From Octopus sinensis (Eukaryota), in the NCBI RefSeq assembly GCF_006345805.1, contig NC_042997.1:176700001-176764000 (forward strand): DNA of 64,000 bases, written 5' to 3'. Made by a program: the position numbers and the translations under genes. This document shows, one piece after another, positions 38,283 through 50,011 of the stretch; position 1 is the first letter of the stretch, and each line of letters begins with the position of its first letter. The notes beneath the pieces were generated by a model, which worked only from the letters and a program-made list of their open reading frames with translations, had not been told where the DNA came from and did no database searches.

Positions 38283-38480
38283 CAGTGAGACGGATGACCA
38301 CTATGTGGACAACCCTTATGCTAGAAGTAGATCCGCTATGGTCTTACCACTAAGAAATGTTCTCAAGAAAAATCTAGCAAAAATTTTTTTTCTTGAGAAC
38401 ATTTCTTAGTGGTAAGACCATAGCGGATCTACTTCTAGCATAAGGGTTGTCCACATAGTTGTCAAACCGCTCATTTGTAT
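38283..38480. repeat. Near-perfect ~90-bp-arm inverted repeat next to (TA)n
   Basis: ACTATGTGGACAACCC...TCTCAAGAAAA / TTTTCTTGAGA...GGGTTGTCCACATAGT. Confidence 0.9.
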
Positions 38481-38911
38481 ATAATACAGTTTACTGAACC
38501 TTCAGATTTTGTATGCTAGACCACTGGTGTTAAATTGATGTTAATTTAATTAAATTAATATCCAATTTCTCCCCTCATTATATATATGTACAGGTTAAAT
38601 AAAGTGAGACAATAAAGCTAAGGCAGTGTGAATTTTTTAGGACATTTTATAAAGAGAAGGGTAGTCTTACACCTGTTCAAGATATAAAATATATTCCCTC
38701 ACCAGAGACGATATGAGAGAGTTAAATAGAAGGAAATAGTAGAATTCAAAATAAGAAGTTATTTTGGAAAGCGAGGGATATAGGAAGTATAAAGGGAAAT
38801 ATAAGAATAATATATAGACATATATAGTCAGTAAATCATAAATCCGAAATAGACGCACACTCTTTTATAGAGCAGTAGAGTAATTAGATAAGGATAATTA
38901 TGGCCGGTCTA

Positions 38912-38973
38912 TGGAGTTACCCAGGGTTTCACGTCTATATAGCGCTTAGTTTTACAGCGTTTCTTCAGATCCT
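38912..38973 (-). ncRNA. Type I hammerhead ribozyme, diverged paralogue of 38089-38150
   Basis: GGAU CUGAAGA A ACG CUGUA..UAUAG A CGU GAAAC CCUGG GUA ACUCC. Confidence 0.7.
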
Positions 38974-39050
38974 AATATTGTATATATATATCTCTCTACA
39001 TACATACATACATACATACATACATACATACATACATACATACATACACA

Positions 39051-39114
<64 letters not shown>

Positions 39115-39417
39115 GTATGTATAAGAAATATATATAAAAATACAAAATGGGACAAGAACGCAAAACATTCAAATAGACGATACGGTGTAACGTACACCTT
39201 GTTCTCTTCTATGTATGTATATATATATATATATAGGGGAAGAATTAACAAAAAAACAAAAGACGAAAATAGGTGGTGTAGAAAACAAACAGATGTATTA
39301 GTGTATTAGTATAACGCTCGGGAATTGAAAAAGTCTTTAACGTTTCGAGCCTACGCTCTTCCACAGAAAGGGGCACAGAAAGAAACAAGGAGAGAAAAAA
39401 TGTGTGTAGTGGCTAGC

Positions 39418-39466
<49 letters not shown>

Positions 39467-40085
39467 ATATATATATTTATATGTATATATAAGCATGCTT
39501 CATGATACCGAATCAAGATTGCATACTTTCACTTGGAAGCTTCAAAATAAAGGTGAAAAATATTCACAGCAATATGTGTGTGAGAGAATAAAAAAAAATT
39601 TTTTAATTGAAAAGAAAGAAAAAAAATCGGTATTTCAAAGAACTCATCCTTCGTCCCCTCCAAATCTGGGATTTTTACGAAGGAGGGAGATGCAAGGGAG
39701 GTTATTGTGTTCTTTTCGCTTCCCCTGTACAGAATCATAACTAGAGGAAGTGTAATGCCCTAATGGGGAATTGAAAACTCACAACGGCCTAGACTTTATG
39801 ACAGAATAAAAACAGCAACCATAAAAATCTAGCGAAGGTCTGATACATCTGAATAGTTGTCATCTCTGTCGCCGTCGCTATCTTATAATAGTAACCATAG
39901 TTACATTAGCAGCAGTTTTGAGTTGATTGTCCACGCCCACATACTTGACACACAAACAGTAGCAGGAGAACAACTACATGGATCCGCCTTCTTGTGGTAA
40001 CGCGCGATCATAGGAGATAAGATTGTACTAAAGCTAAATAACAACCCATATTTTGTGCTACAACAAAGTACCACGTTGAGTGAGT

Positions 40086-40147
<62 letters not shown>

Positions 40148-40499
40148 AGTTCACTGATGTAACGGTTGAGATACGGTACAATTGACAAATGTTTCCCCGG
40201 CTGTTCCTTGATTCCAACCGGCGAAGTCAATACAAGCAGAGCTGTCTTGATGCATCGGCACACTGAGCAGTTACTTGAGGACTACACAAACTCAGGCCCA
40301 ACATTTATCTATGTATACTGTGATTTTTATATAGGGGTCCCTGTGCGTTGCCTTGCTCGGGAAGGAGGTCTATAATCCTGTTAAGACGGGCCTGCGACAA
40401 AGTTGTGAGAAGTAGCAGCAAAACAACAGTATCAGGAAAGGGATGCGCAACGGCCCAGTGGTTAGGGCAGCAGACTCGCGGTCGTAAGATGATACTGAT

Positions 40500-41250
40500 G
40501 CTGCACATGCTGCCCATATTGAGTTCAGGGTGTTTTGAAGTATAGTGTTCACATCTCCAGAGTCGTAAAATTCCTGCCAGTTTGGGCGTTGTAGCTCGGA
40601 ACAGCAAGAGTTCCACTCTGCTTTATTCCAGTCAAAGCGAGCAGTTTGGAGATGGCTGTGGTTTTTGTTACTGCCCATAAGGGACAGATTGGCAATGATC
40701 ATAGTTGCCTAAAGGTTCCTCAGTAGCAACACTAATAACTGTTTTAGGAGTAGTGGTAAAGAGTAAATCCAAAGTTTTGTCACCCCTTGTTGGGCAGTCG
40801 ACCACTTGGAACCAGTTCGAGTCCAGCACTAGCTCAATGAAATCATTGGCCCTTTGCGGCCAACGAAAGGTTTCCCAATCAATCTCAGAGTGATTGAAGT
40901 CAACTGCAATAAAAACATAAGTGGATGTTTTCCTGGCGGCACTTCTGAGGATATCACAAAGATGTGTGTCCTGATGGTTATTTGGGGGGCGGTAAACAAC
41001 TCCAAGTAGAAAATTGGTTCAAATCAACGCAAGGAATTACTGAAAACTTTGAACGAATGCAGACCATCACACCACCACCACTACGATTATTGCGGCCTTT
41101 GCGAAACAAGTTGTAGCTAGCTATGCTGAAAACCGCATCACAGAGTAAGGAATGTACCCATGTTTCCGAGATTCCGGCGCGAATACCAAGCAATACATGT
41201 TGTTTCCAAATTTCTGGCCGAGTGAATTGCGCCAGGGTGCTGTTTTTCTC
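40500..41250 (-). mobile_element. Decayed CR1/L2-like APE endonuclease fragment
   Basis: GISETW, YNLFRKGR..RSGGGVMV, GVVYRPP, DFNH..IDW, PTRGDKTLDLLFT. Confidence 0.75.
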
Positions 41251-41705
41251 AAAGACGGTGCCCAACTGACCCTATTATACTGTGTAGTCGACAAGACCAA
41301 AACCAAACACAGCGCACGCGCGAAATCGGAAATATAAGATTACAATTTATCCATCGCACCCTGCATACAGCTTAAATATTTCATATAAAACTGCATCATC
41401 AGAGTGTAGTAAGGGCAACAACTTTCTGGACACCTATCAACACCGTTATTATTACTGCTACAAATTAGTTGTGATATCACTGATCTAAAGTGGTGACTCA
41501 TTTAATAGCTATTTTATTTCAGATTGGTGACTCATGCAGTATCGATATTTTATTTCTTGTTAAAGCGGCGTGCTGGAAGAGTCCTTCACATACCGGACAA
41601 TGTGCTTAGCGACACTTCTCCTGGCTTTAACATATTGCGTTCAGTTTCTGTAGCGGTCGAACTTTTTCTTCCATGGTCAACAAATTGTGAAATATGTAAA
41701 TTCAT

Positions 41706-41753
<48 letters not shown>

Positions 41754-42391
41754 TCTTTAACTTGTTTCAGTCATCAGACTGCGGCATGCTGGGGCACTAT
41801 CTTGAAGAATCCTAGTCGAATGAATTGACTCCAGTTCTTATAAAAAAAAATTTAAAGCTTGGTACTTATTCTATCGGTTACTTTTTACCGAACTGCTAAG
41901 TTATGGGGACGTAAACACACCAACAGCGGTTGTCAAGTGGTGGAGTACACACACACACATGCACACGCACAGACATACGGAGGGCTTCTATTAGTTTGCG
42001 TCAAGCAAATCCTCTGACAAGGCTTTGGTCGGGTCGAAGCTATAGTTGAAGACACTTGTCCAAGGTGCCACGCAGTGAGACTGAACCCGGAACCATGTGG
42101 TCGGGAAGCAAACTTTTTACCACATAGCCACTTCTAATATATTTATATATACATACATAAATTTATTTATATATACATATATACATATACAGTGCGTGTC
42201 CGAGTTTGGGCATTCGGAGTTACAAACGATAAGAAAAACATAAAATAAAATTTCTGCATGTTTTAAAGTTTGTTCGTTATGAGGATAACTCAGAATTGTG
42301 AAGATTCAGCTTAAAATGAATGAATATATATATATATATATATATATGAATAAATGAAAGAATTGAGTCGAACGAAGATGTTAACAAAATT

Positions 42392-42485
42392 CCTTTACTC
42401 TCGACACATGTTTCGAAGACGGCATACTTTTATTCCGAAGGAATAAAGGGTGCATTATGCAATCTTCTCATCAGGAAAGATAAGG
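42392..42485 (-). ncRNA. Type I hammerhead ribozyme (inverted copy of 42857-42950)
   Basis: Reverse complement of the 42857-42950 motif within the fold-back arm. Confidence 0.85.
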
Positions 42486-42856
42486 AGCCTCACTCAGCCA
42501 CAAGACGAACAAAAAATTTTGATGATTGCCTACATGGTGACCACAGTGATAATGAGTGTTTTTTAAAAAAAATCCATTATAAAATCCGTTATACACACAC
42601 AGACACAAATGCAGTTATATACACACATTCATACACACACATAAACACTTGCACTCATTAACACAAGCACACACCTGCACATCCCCATACGTACGGCATA
42701 CATATTGTCCCCTACCTATTTTTACTACTTCCTCCTTCTACCCAATTTTGACGTCAATGATTATAACGGATTTTAAAAAAAAACACTCATTATCACTGTG
42801 GTCACCATGTAGGCAATCATCAAAATTTTTTGTTCGTCTTGTGGCTGAGTGAGGCT

Positions 42857-42950
42857 CCTTATCTTTCCTGATGAGAAGATTGCATAATGCACCCTTTATT
42901 CCTTCGGAATAAAAGTATGCCGTCTTCGAAACATGTGTCGAGAGTAAAGG
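42857..42950 (+). ncRNA. Type I hammerhead ribozyme, long stem II
   Basis: CCUUAUCUUUC CUGAUGA GAAGA..UCUUC GAAAC AUGU GUC GAGAGUAAAGG; palindromic ACAUGU in stem III; GUC site at 42937-42939. Confidence 0.85.
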
Positions 42951-43630
42951 AATTTTGTTAACATCTTCGTTCGACTCAATTCTTTCATTTATTCATATAT
43001 ATAAAAAACACACAAATTTCCACACAAGAACCCGGAGTTTCTACCCTTGACAGGTCGCTTCAACCGTGTTTTCTGACGTGAATTTGCTACCCAGGTATCG
43101 GTTAAACGAATTTCCCATGCTAGGATAATTCATTCACCTACTTATATATATATATGATTGTGTATAGAGGGATATATATTATTCAAAGAAATTCCAAGTC
43201 TGTTTTGTATGTTTTATTTATATTCTTTATAATATTAATGTAGAATATAGAATATATAGTATAAATAATATATATATATATATATATATGAATAAATGAA
43301 AGAATGGAGTTGAACGAAGATGTTAACAAAATTCCTTTACTCTCGACATATGTCTCGAATGAAAACATGCTGTCTTCGTTTTCCAAAGGAATGAAAACAT
43401 GCTTTTCTTCGAAACATATGTCGAGAGTAAAGGAATTTTGTTAACATCTTCGTTCGACTCCATTCTTTCATTTATTCATATACAATATACAAATTTCTGT
43501 ACATGAACCCGGATTTTCTACCCTTGACAGGTCGCTTCAACCGTGTTTCTGACGTGAATTTGCTACCCAGGTTTCGATTAAACGAATTTTCCATGCTGAC
43601 GATAAACATAGGATAATTCATTCACCTACT

Positions 43631-43672
<42 letters not shown>

Positions 43673-43764
43673 TAAAATGAAATGAAGTATTGATTGTCTT
43701 ATTGAATAGATGAAATATTGAATATAAAATATTAAGGGACTAGTATACTTTCTTGCATTATATA

Positions 43765-43996
43765 TTTCTTTACTGCCCACAAGGGGCTAAACATAGAGGG
43801 GACAAACAAGGACAGACAAAGGGATTAAGTCGATTACATCGACCCCAGTGCGAAACTGGTACTTTATTTATCGACCCAGAAAGGATGAAAGGTAAAGTCG
43901 ACCTCGGCGGAATTTGAACTCAGAACGTAACGACAGACGAAATACCACTAAGCATTTCGCCCGGCGCGCTAACGTTTCTGCCAGCTCGCCGCCTTA
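43765..43996 (-). mobile_element. tRNA-derived SINE family B (also ~14675-14907 +, 17010-17248 +, 2559-2795 -, 60080-60306 -, many degenerate copies)
   Basis: Head GGCGGCGAGCTGGCAGAA, B box GAGTTCAAATTCC, core GAGGTCGACTTT.CCTTTCATCCTTTCGGGGTCGATAAA..AAGTACCAG. Confidence 0.9.
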
Positions 43997-44009
43997 AAAA
44001 AAAAAGAAA
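43996..44009 (-). terminator. Pol III T-tract terminator of the 5S gene
   Basis: TTTCTTTTTTTTTT directly 3' of the 5S sequence on the - strand. Confidence 0.8.
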
Positions 44010-44128
44010 TGCTTACAGCACCTAGGTTTCCCAAGCGGTCACCCATCTAAGTACTAACTAGGCTCGATGTTGCTTAACTTCGGTGATCGGACGAGAACCG
44101 GTGCTTTCAACGTGATATGGCCGTAAGC
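44010..44128 (-). rRNA. 5S rRNA: 5S rRNA gene (solitary, full-length 119 nt)
   Basis: GCTTACGGCCATATCACGTTGAAAGCACCGGTTCTCGTCCGATCACCGAAGTTAAGC...GGGAAACCTAGGTGCTGTAAGCA; terminal helix GCTTACGGC/GCTGTAAGC intact. Confidence 0.95.
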
Positions 44129-44181
44129 ATTATAGCAGTCTTCAAGGTCCCAGGTTGTGACAGGAGTGTTTCAACTGTGGT

Positions 44182-44215
<34 letters not shown>

Positions 44216-44631
44216 ATATATAAACTGTGCTTCCCACCCTTAACTAGCACTCCGTCGGTTAAGACGACGAGTGTTCCAGCTGATCCGATCAACTGAAAAA
44301 CTTGCTCGAAAAATTAAGGTCATATGACTGATCACTCCACAAACACTTGTACCCTTAAAGTAGTTCCCAGGGCGAATCAGCGTGACACAAAATGTGACAG
44401 GGCTGGCCCTTTGAATTACAAGTACAACTAATTTTTTGCCAGCTGAATGGACGGGAGCAACGGGAAATAAAGTGACTTGCTTGAGGGCCTAACGCCGCAC
44501 CAGGAATCAAACTCACGACTTTACTATCGTGAGCCTAACCATTAAGCCACATTCTTTCACATACGCGCGTGCGCACATACACACATACACGCATGCACAC
44601 ACGCATGTACGCACGCATATACATACATACA

Positions 44632-44686
<55 letters not shown>

Positions 44687-44791
44687 GTACATGCGAGCAG
44701 ATAGGCGCAAAATAAACTGGAGAAAATAGCACTCGAATACCAATTGTAGAGTACAATATTAGGTTTTATGGAAGCTGAAAAACTTCACCAA

Positions 44792-44829
44792 CTGTTACTC
44801 AGAGTTTCACGAAAACGATCATCAGACAG
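44792..44829 (-). ncRNA. Minimal type I hammerhead ribozyme in inverted Penelope pseudo-LTR
   Basis: CUGU CUGAUGA UCG UUUU CGU GAAAC UCUGA GUA ACAG; same stem III as the 47181 copy; first stem II pair mismatched. Confidence 0.7.
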
Positions 44830-45382
44830 AAATAAACTATTGGAAGAACGTGGTGCTTTATAAATATTTATAAATAAAACAGCGATAATTATTTAAATAA
44901 CTTATCAAATAAGCATTTAAAGCTGATTGGAGAGGGATTATTCACTTTGAAAATGTTTGGAATTTGTTGGATAAAACGATTTAGCGGTAAAAATAACTCC
45001 AGATCTCGCAAGGGTAGCCTTAGAAAGGTATTGTGGTTCAACATTAATTTAGTATGCATGTCAAGACTAATGTAGATAAACATTTTAAAGTTTAGTACCG
45101 GGATATTTTCCCAGAAGGCATAATATATTACTCTTTTACTCTTTTACTTGTTTCAGTCATTTGACTCTGGCCATGCTGGAGCACCGCCTTTAGTCGAGCA
45201 AATCGACCCCAGGACTTATTCTTTGTAAGCCTAGTATTTATTCTATCAGTCACTTTTGCCGAACCGCTAAGTTACGGGAGACGTAAACACGCCAGCATTG
45301 GTTGTCAAGCGATGTTGGGGGGACAAACACAGACAAACAATCATATGCACACGCACATACATACATACACACACACACACAC

Positions 45383-45415
<33 letters not shown>

Positions 45416-47180
45416 GACAGGCTTCTTTCAGTTTCCGTCTGCCAAATCCACTCACAAGGCTTTGGTCGGCCCGAGGCTATAGTAGAAGACACTTGTCCAA
45501 GGTGCCACGCAGTGGGGCTGAACCCAGAACCATGTGGTTGGTAAGCAAGCTACTTACCACACAGCCACTCCTACGCCTATATTATAGATTATTTAATAGA
45601 AGAACCCTGAAAATCAGCTTCGCTTCGCTTGTTAACCAGCATTATATGAGTAAACATGATACTTGAAATGAAAATGATGACAACTCTAAGGGCAACTGTA
45701 AAGACTCTAGTAACTGTCCGCTTAATAGCAATTGTCCAATAAAAGGAGTTGTATACCGGAGTTGTATAAGTCCATGCCGATAATAGTCCTACATGTAAAA
45801 TTTACACCGGTGTCACGGAAAACAGTTTCAATATGAGGTTTTACCTATATAAAATTCCTTTCAATATCCAGACAACAGGCCCTCAACGTGTTTATCCAAA
45901 CATGTATGGTAATTAAAGGAAACTGGTTTTCCCCCTTGCAAAACACACTGGTAAATCTTGGAAAGAACAAGCCCACACATGTATGGATGGATCCTGCAGC
46001 CATCCTATGAAATGTTTGTTATACTTAAACGAGGAATATTTTATTGTTTCAGGACAATTCGATCTTGAATCGAAAATCTGAACTATGGAACAAGTCGTTG
46101 ACATTCTTCGAAGTTTTTGATTTCGAAGCCTTCACCACAGATCGATTAATGTATATACATCCATTACGCACTATCGCATGTGTTTTACAGCTTTTTGTTA
46201 TAATTTCGAATTTGTTGGATGTATTTTTTTATGTTTTTGAACTGACATTGTTGCATCCAATTTTTATACGATTCTTTTTTCAGTTTTAACATTTACCTTT
46301 AGCTTTTTATATAACCTTTCATTGACAAGGTTATAGTTTATAAATATGTTTATTACATTTTATTTTAATTTATTACTTTGTTACTCTTTTTTAAAACTAT
46401 CACTCCAGCTTTGAATTAATTTGACTGATTTTATCAACATATCCCCAAACGCTATTTCTATATCCTTATATATTTCGAAGTTGGATTTTGTTCGATATAT
46501 TTTCAATGTCTCTTTTTTTTCTAACCCAGAGCTTGCTTTTTGTTTCTGTCACATCCTACAAATAGAGTGCAAAGGAAACCTACCATCAAGTCTATCTAAT
46601 TTCCCTGTCAAATGTGTCCTTTCTAATCGCTGCTACCACACACACACACACACACACACACACTCGTGTATTTCTCTTTTATCCATAGTTTATACATGCC
46701 TTCAGTTTTAACTGATAGTATTTTTAAAACTTAGCTATCATCTTTTCTCTCTCGCTTTTCTCCCTCTTTTTCACTTTTTCTCTTTCTTCCCTGCATGCTC
46801 TAACCCACCACTCCTCATTTGATTATTCATTTATAATTTACTTGTATTTCGTGACACTCATTCATCTTTGTCTGAATTTATATATTTTTTACAACATATT
46901 TTCCATAAACTCTTGATTTCTATCGACATTTTTTTCACCCTCACTGCAATTATTATGACTAATATCATGTATATATATGCGAATTATTTCTTCGAGTTTA
47001 AATTCGACTTTGACTAGTTTTCAATGTTTATTTATTTTTTTTGATTACAAATTCCTGAAACTTTGAAAAGTCATGATCCCTATCCAATCAGCTTTAAATG
47101 GTTATTTGATGAATTAATAAATAATTGCCACTATTACATCTATATAAATTTATAAGCCATCGTATTGTTCCAAAAGCTCA

Positions 47181-47226
47181 ACCTTGTCTGATGATTGTTT
47201 ACAAGAAACTCTGAGTAATAGTCGGT
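47181..47226 (+). ncRNA. Minimal type I hammerhead ribozyme in Penelope 3' pseudo-LTR
   Basis: ACCUUGU CUGAUGA UUG UUUA CAA GAAAC UCUGA GUA AUAG UCGGU. Confidence 0.75.
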
Positions 47227-47286
47227 GCAGATTTTCAGTGTCAATAAAACACCACACACACACACACACACACACACACAATTTAT

Positions 47287-48028
47287 TGTCACTAAAAGTG
47301 ACCAAGGGTGCAGCGAGCACCCTTGGTTTGCTAGAAATAAGAGTCATAGATACTTTAGCCACATAAAGCATATGTTCTATTTGAACTGACAAGGCGAGAC
47401 AACCTCTCCACCGGAAGCAAGTTGCATTAGATTAGCATGCTAATTTCGTATGTAATTTAATACTCATCAGTAATACTTACTCCATTGTGGGTAGTAAAGC
47501 CGAACTTTCATCTCTTAGTATTATAGAAAATACCATAGGAATCAGCGGGTGAGTCTGCAAAAAAGCAATGTGAAAATTATAAAATAATTAAGGTGGTTAG
47601 ACACAATTTAAAGGCTGCTCCCTTCATCACTGGTCCCTTTTAGGGACGGTGAATTATTTCTTCTTTTGGTTTTAAATTGCATCTAGCCACCTTAATTATT
47701 TTATAATTTTCACATTTCCTTTTGGCGGACTCAGCCACTGATTCCTATGGTATTTTCTATAATACTGACAGGCGAAAATTCAATTTCATCTGCAATGGGG
47801 TAAGCATTACCGATGAGTTTTAATTTCTATACGAAATTACCATACCAAACTAATGCACCTCGCTTGCGGTGGGGAAGTTGTCACCTTGTCAATTCAAATA
47901 GAAATGCTTTCTGTGGCTAAAGAGTATGTGACTCTTATTTCTAGCAATGCTGGTACTCGCTGCACCCTTGGTCACTTTTAGTGACTGAATTATTTCCATT
48001 TTTTGATTTTAATTTGTATCTAGCCACC

Positions 48029-48035
<7 letters not shown>
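47287..48035. mobile_element. HHR-bearing non-coding fold-back element, ~336-nt monomer
   Basis: 47287-47600 is a diverged inversion of 47685-47987; GAATTATTTC..TCTAGCCACCTTAATTAT recurs at 47651 and 47987; flanked by (CA)n and (TA)n. Confidence 0.75.
47424..47476 (-). ncRNA. Type I hammerhead ribozyme, canonical core
   Basis: GUAUUA CUGAUGA GUAU..AUAC GAA AUUAGCAUGCUAAU C UAAUGC. Stems I, II and III all pair; AUC cleavage triplet; stem III is a 14-nt palindrome. Confidence 0.85.
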
Positions 48036-48098
<63 letters not shown>

Positions 48099-48209
48099 TA
48101 TTTAATCATATAGGGTGGCAAAAAATTCTGTAGAATTTTTGCCACCACGCGGCCTAGTGGGCTAGTGGAAAAAATTAAATAGTCATAGACCATTTATAAG
48201 TTCAACATC

Positions 48210-48490
48210 ACAATCAAGGAACGGCCATAATAGGCCATTCACCCACTAGAAATAACAGCCAAAGCTTCAACCGCAAAATAACATTAATTCCGCAAACCAG
48301 GAGAAAATTAAAAAAAATAAAAAAAAAAATAAAAAAAAAATTTAAAAATTAAAAAACTTAAAAAAATTACAGGGTAATTGTTTTTTTAATTTCTCCTGGT
48401 TTGCGGAATTTATGTTATTTTGCGGTTGAAGCTTTGGCTGTTATTTCTATGGGTTGAATGGCCTATTATGGTTGGCCGTTTGTTGATTTT
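48210..48490. repeat. ~100-bp-arm inverted repeat between (TA)n tracts
   Basis: ACGGCC..TAGAAATAACAGCCAAAGCTTCAACCGC..CCAGGAGAAA versus its reverse complement at 48385-48490. Confidence 0.85.
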
Positions 48491-48492
48491 AT

Positions 48493-48531
<39 letters not shown>

Positions 48532-49980
48532 CAAAATGGGACAAAAACGCAGAACATCCGGACAACTAGGTGAAACAAAAAGGGACAACGAAACATACTG
48601 ATAGACGATACAACCCCCCCCCAAACAAAACAAGGAAGGGTCATTCGAAGCTTTCTATCCTCAGTCAAGAACCGGATCATCCTCGCAATTTCGGCTGATT
48701 AATCTTGAGATTGCTCCAATCTGGCCAGCCCAAAGGAAAAACTAAGCTAAGAGCATTAGATTCCTTGGAAGAAAGCATCGAATGTATACAAAAACTAGGA
48801 TGGAAAAACAAATAATGTTACAAAAATATAAATACAATAAATACAAATATAAAAACAATAAAAATAATAAAAATAATAACAGGACATAACAACAGGTGTC
48901 TTTCGACTGGGGACGAATTGAATTAAGCTGGCGCGTGTAGAAATGAAATCTTACAGCAGAGATACAAAGACTTCAAAAGCACAGAGAAGAATATCGATGT
49001 TGCACGGACGACGGTCAGATCCAGAGAGAGCGAGCAGTAGACCGATCGGTCACGTGGGAAGAGAAGAGAGAGAAAAATAGAAGCAGAGGAACAAAAGAAT
49101 TAAGGAGGGAGAAGAGAAGAGAGAGAGAGAGTTGTAGAAGCAGATGGACAGAAGAATTAAGGAGGGGTGTGAGAAAAAATGACAGGGACATGTCCCTAGA
49201 CAAACTAAAAACACTGACGCAAAGAATAGCTTCTCCAGACTTGTGGTAGATGCATCAAATATCATCCAGAAGGCTGTTCTTTTTCTGTTAAGGAACCGGA
49301 GATAACTAAATACTTCATCAATAAAAGAGGTAAAGAAGCCTCTAAATATCCAACTTGTAATGCAAAATGAATGTCGATCGTGTCAGTGTAATAGATATCA
49401 CCTATACCGTTAGCAATTGTTCAAAAATGCCCGCTAGGTACAGCATTGTTAAGAGACATAAAATGGTTGCTGAAACCATTTAGAATGCAAGGTTTGTTCT
49501 GATAGCCAAACCGAAGCACACCAGAATTAAAATGTATCTACACATTTAATATGAGGAATATTGGCCGAACATTCCAATAAAAGTAGCAAATCGATGCAAA
49601 TACAAAGGGCCTAATATTATTTCGTCGGACTGGAAAACGTCATACATTACTACAAAGGTCAGCTACCCACTGAATGTCTCATCTAAATCAGAGAAAAGAT
49701 GAATATCTATTGAGAACTAAGGAGAAAATTATATTCAGACAAAGTATTTTTGCCTGTACTGAGGGTCTATAAGAGCCGAGTTCATCTGATATATCGGTCT
49801 GGAAACCAGAGAACCAAGAAAAAAAAAAATCACTCAATAGCTGACAAGGTATGAAACCAGACATGTTACATATGACAAAAAAGTCTTGGAGTCGTGCATA
49901 TCTGCCTGTCTGTCTACATGTTTGTTTTTCTATTCATCTTTCTATTGTCCCGTTTGCCTATCTATCTATCTATCTATCTT

Positions 49981-50011
<31 letters not shown>

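Larger units (their letters stand above)
42320..43640. mobile_element. HHR-bearing non-coding element, fold-back plus tandem copies among (TA)n
   Basis: 42345-42590 is inverted to 42760-43000; 42920-43145 is repeated at 43405-43630; inverted fragment at 43285-43350; related fragment at 5050-5150. Confidence 0.75.
44760..47250 (+). mobile_element. 5'-truncated Penelope-like element (linker + GIY-YIG remnant) with inverted 5' pLTR and 3' pLTR
   Basis: Decayed frames RKVLWFN..HVKTNV, LFNRRTLKIS, NCPLNSNC..GVVY, YTGVTENSFNMRFY, LNRKSEL. 44760-44960 is the reverse complement of ~47040-47250 (TCCC..CCAATCAGCTTTAAATG). Interrupted by a SINE at 45128-45580. Confidence 0.8.

Noticed and set aside
48685-48745. 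GGCUG...CAGCC-GAAAU on - (also ~51340-51385), resembling HHR stem II + GAAA
   Set aside because: No CUGANGA upstream in either copy and no stem I pairing.
49270-49800. Non-repetitive stretch that might be decayed retroelement coding sequence (likewise 61600-62150)
   Set aside because: Manual translation gave no assignable motif.
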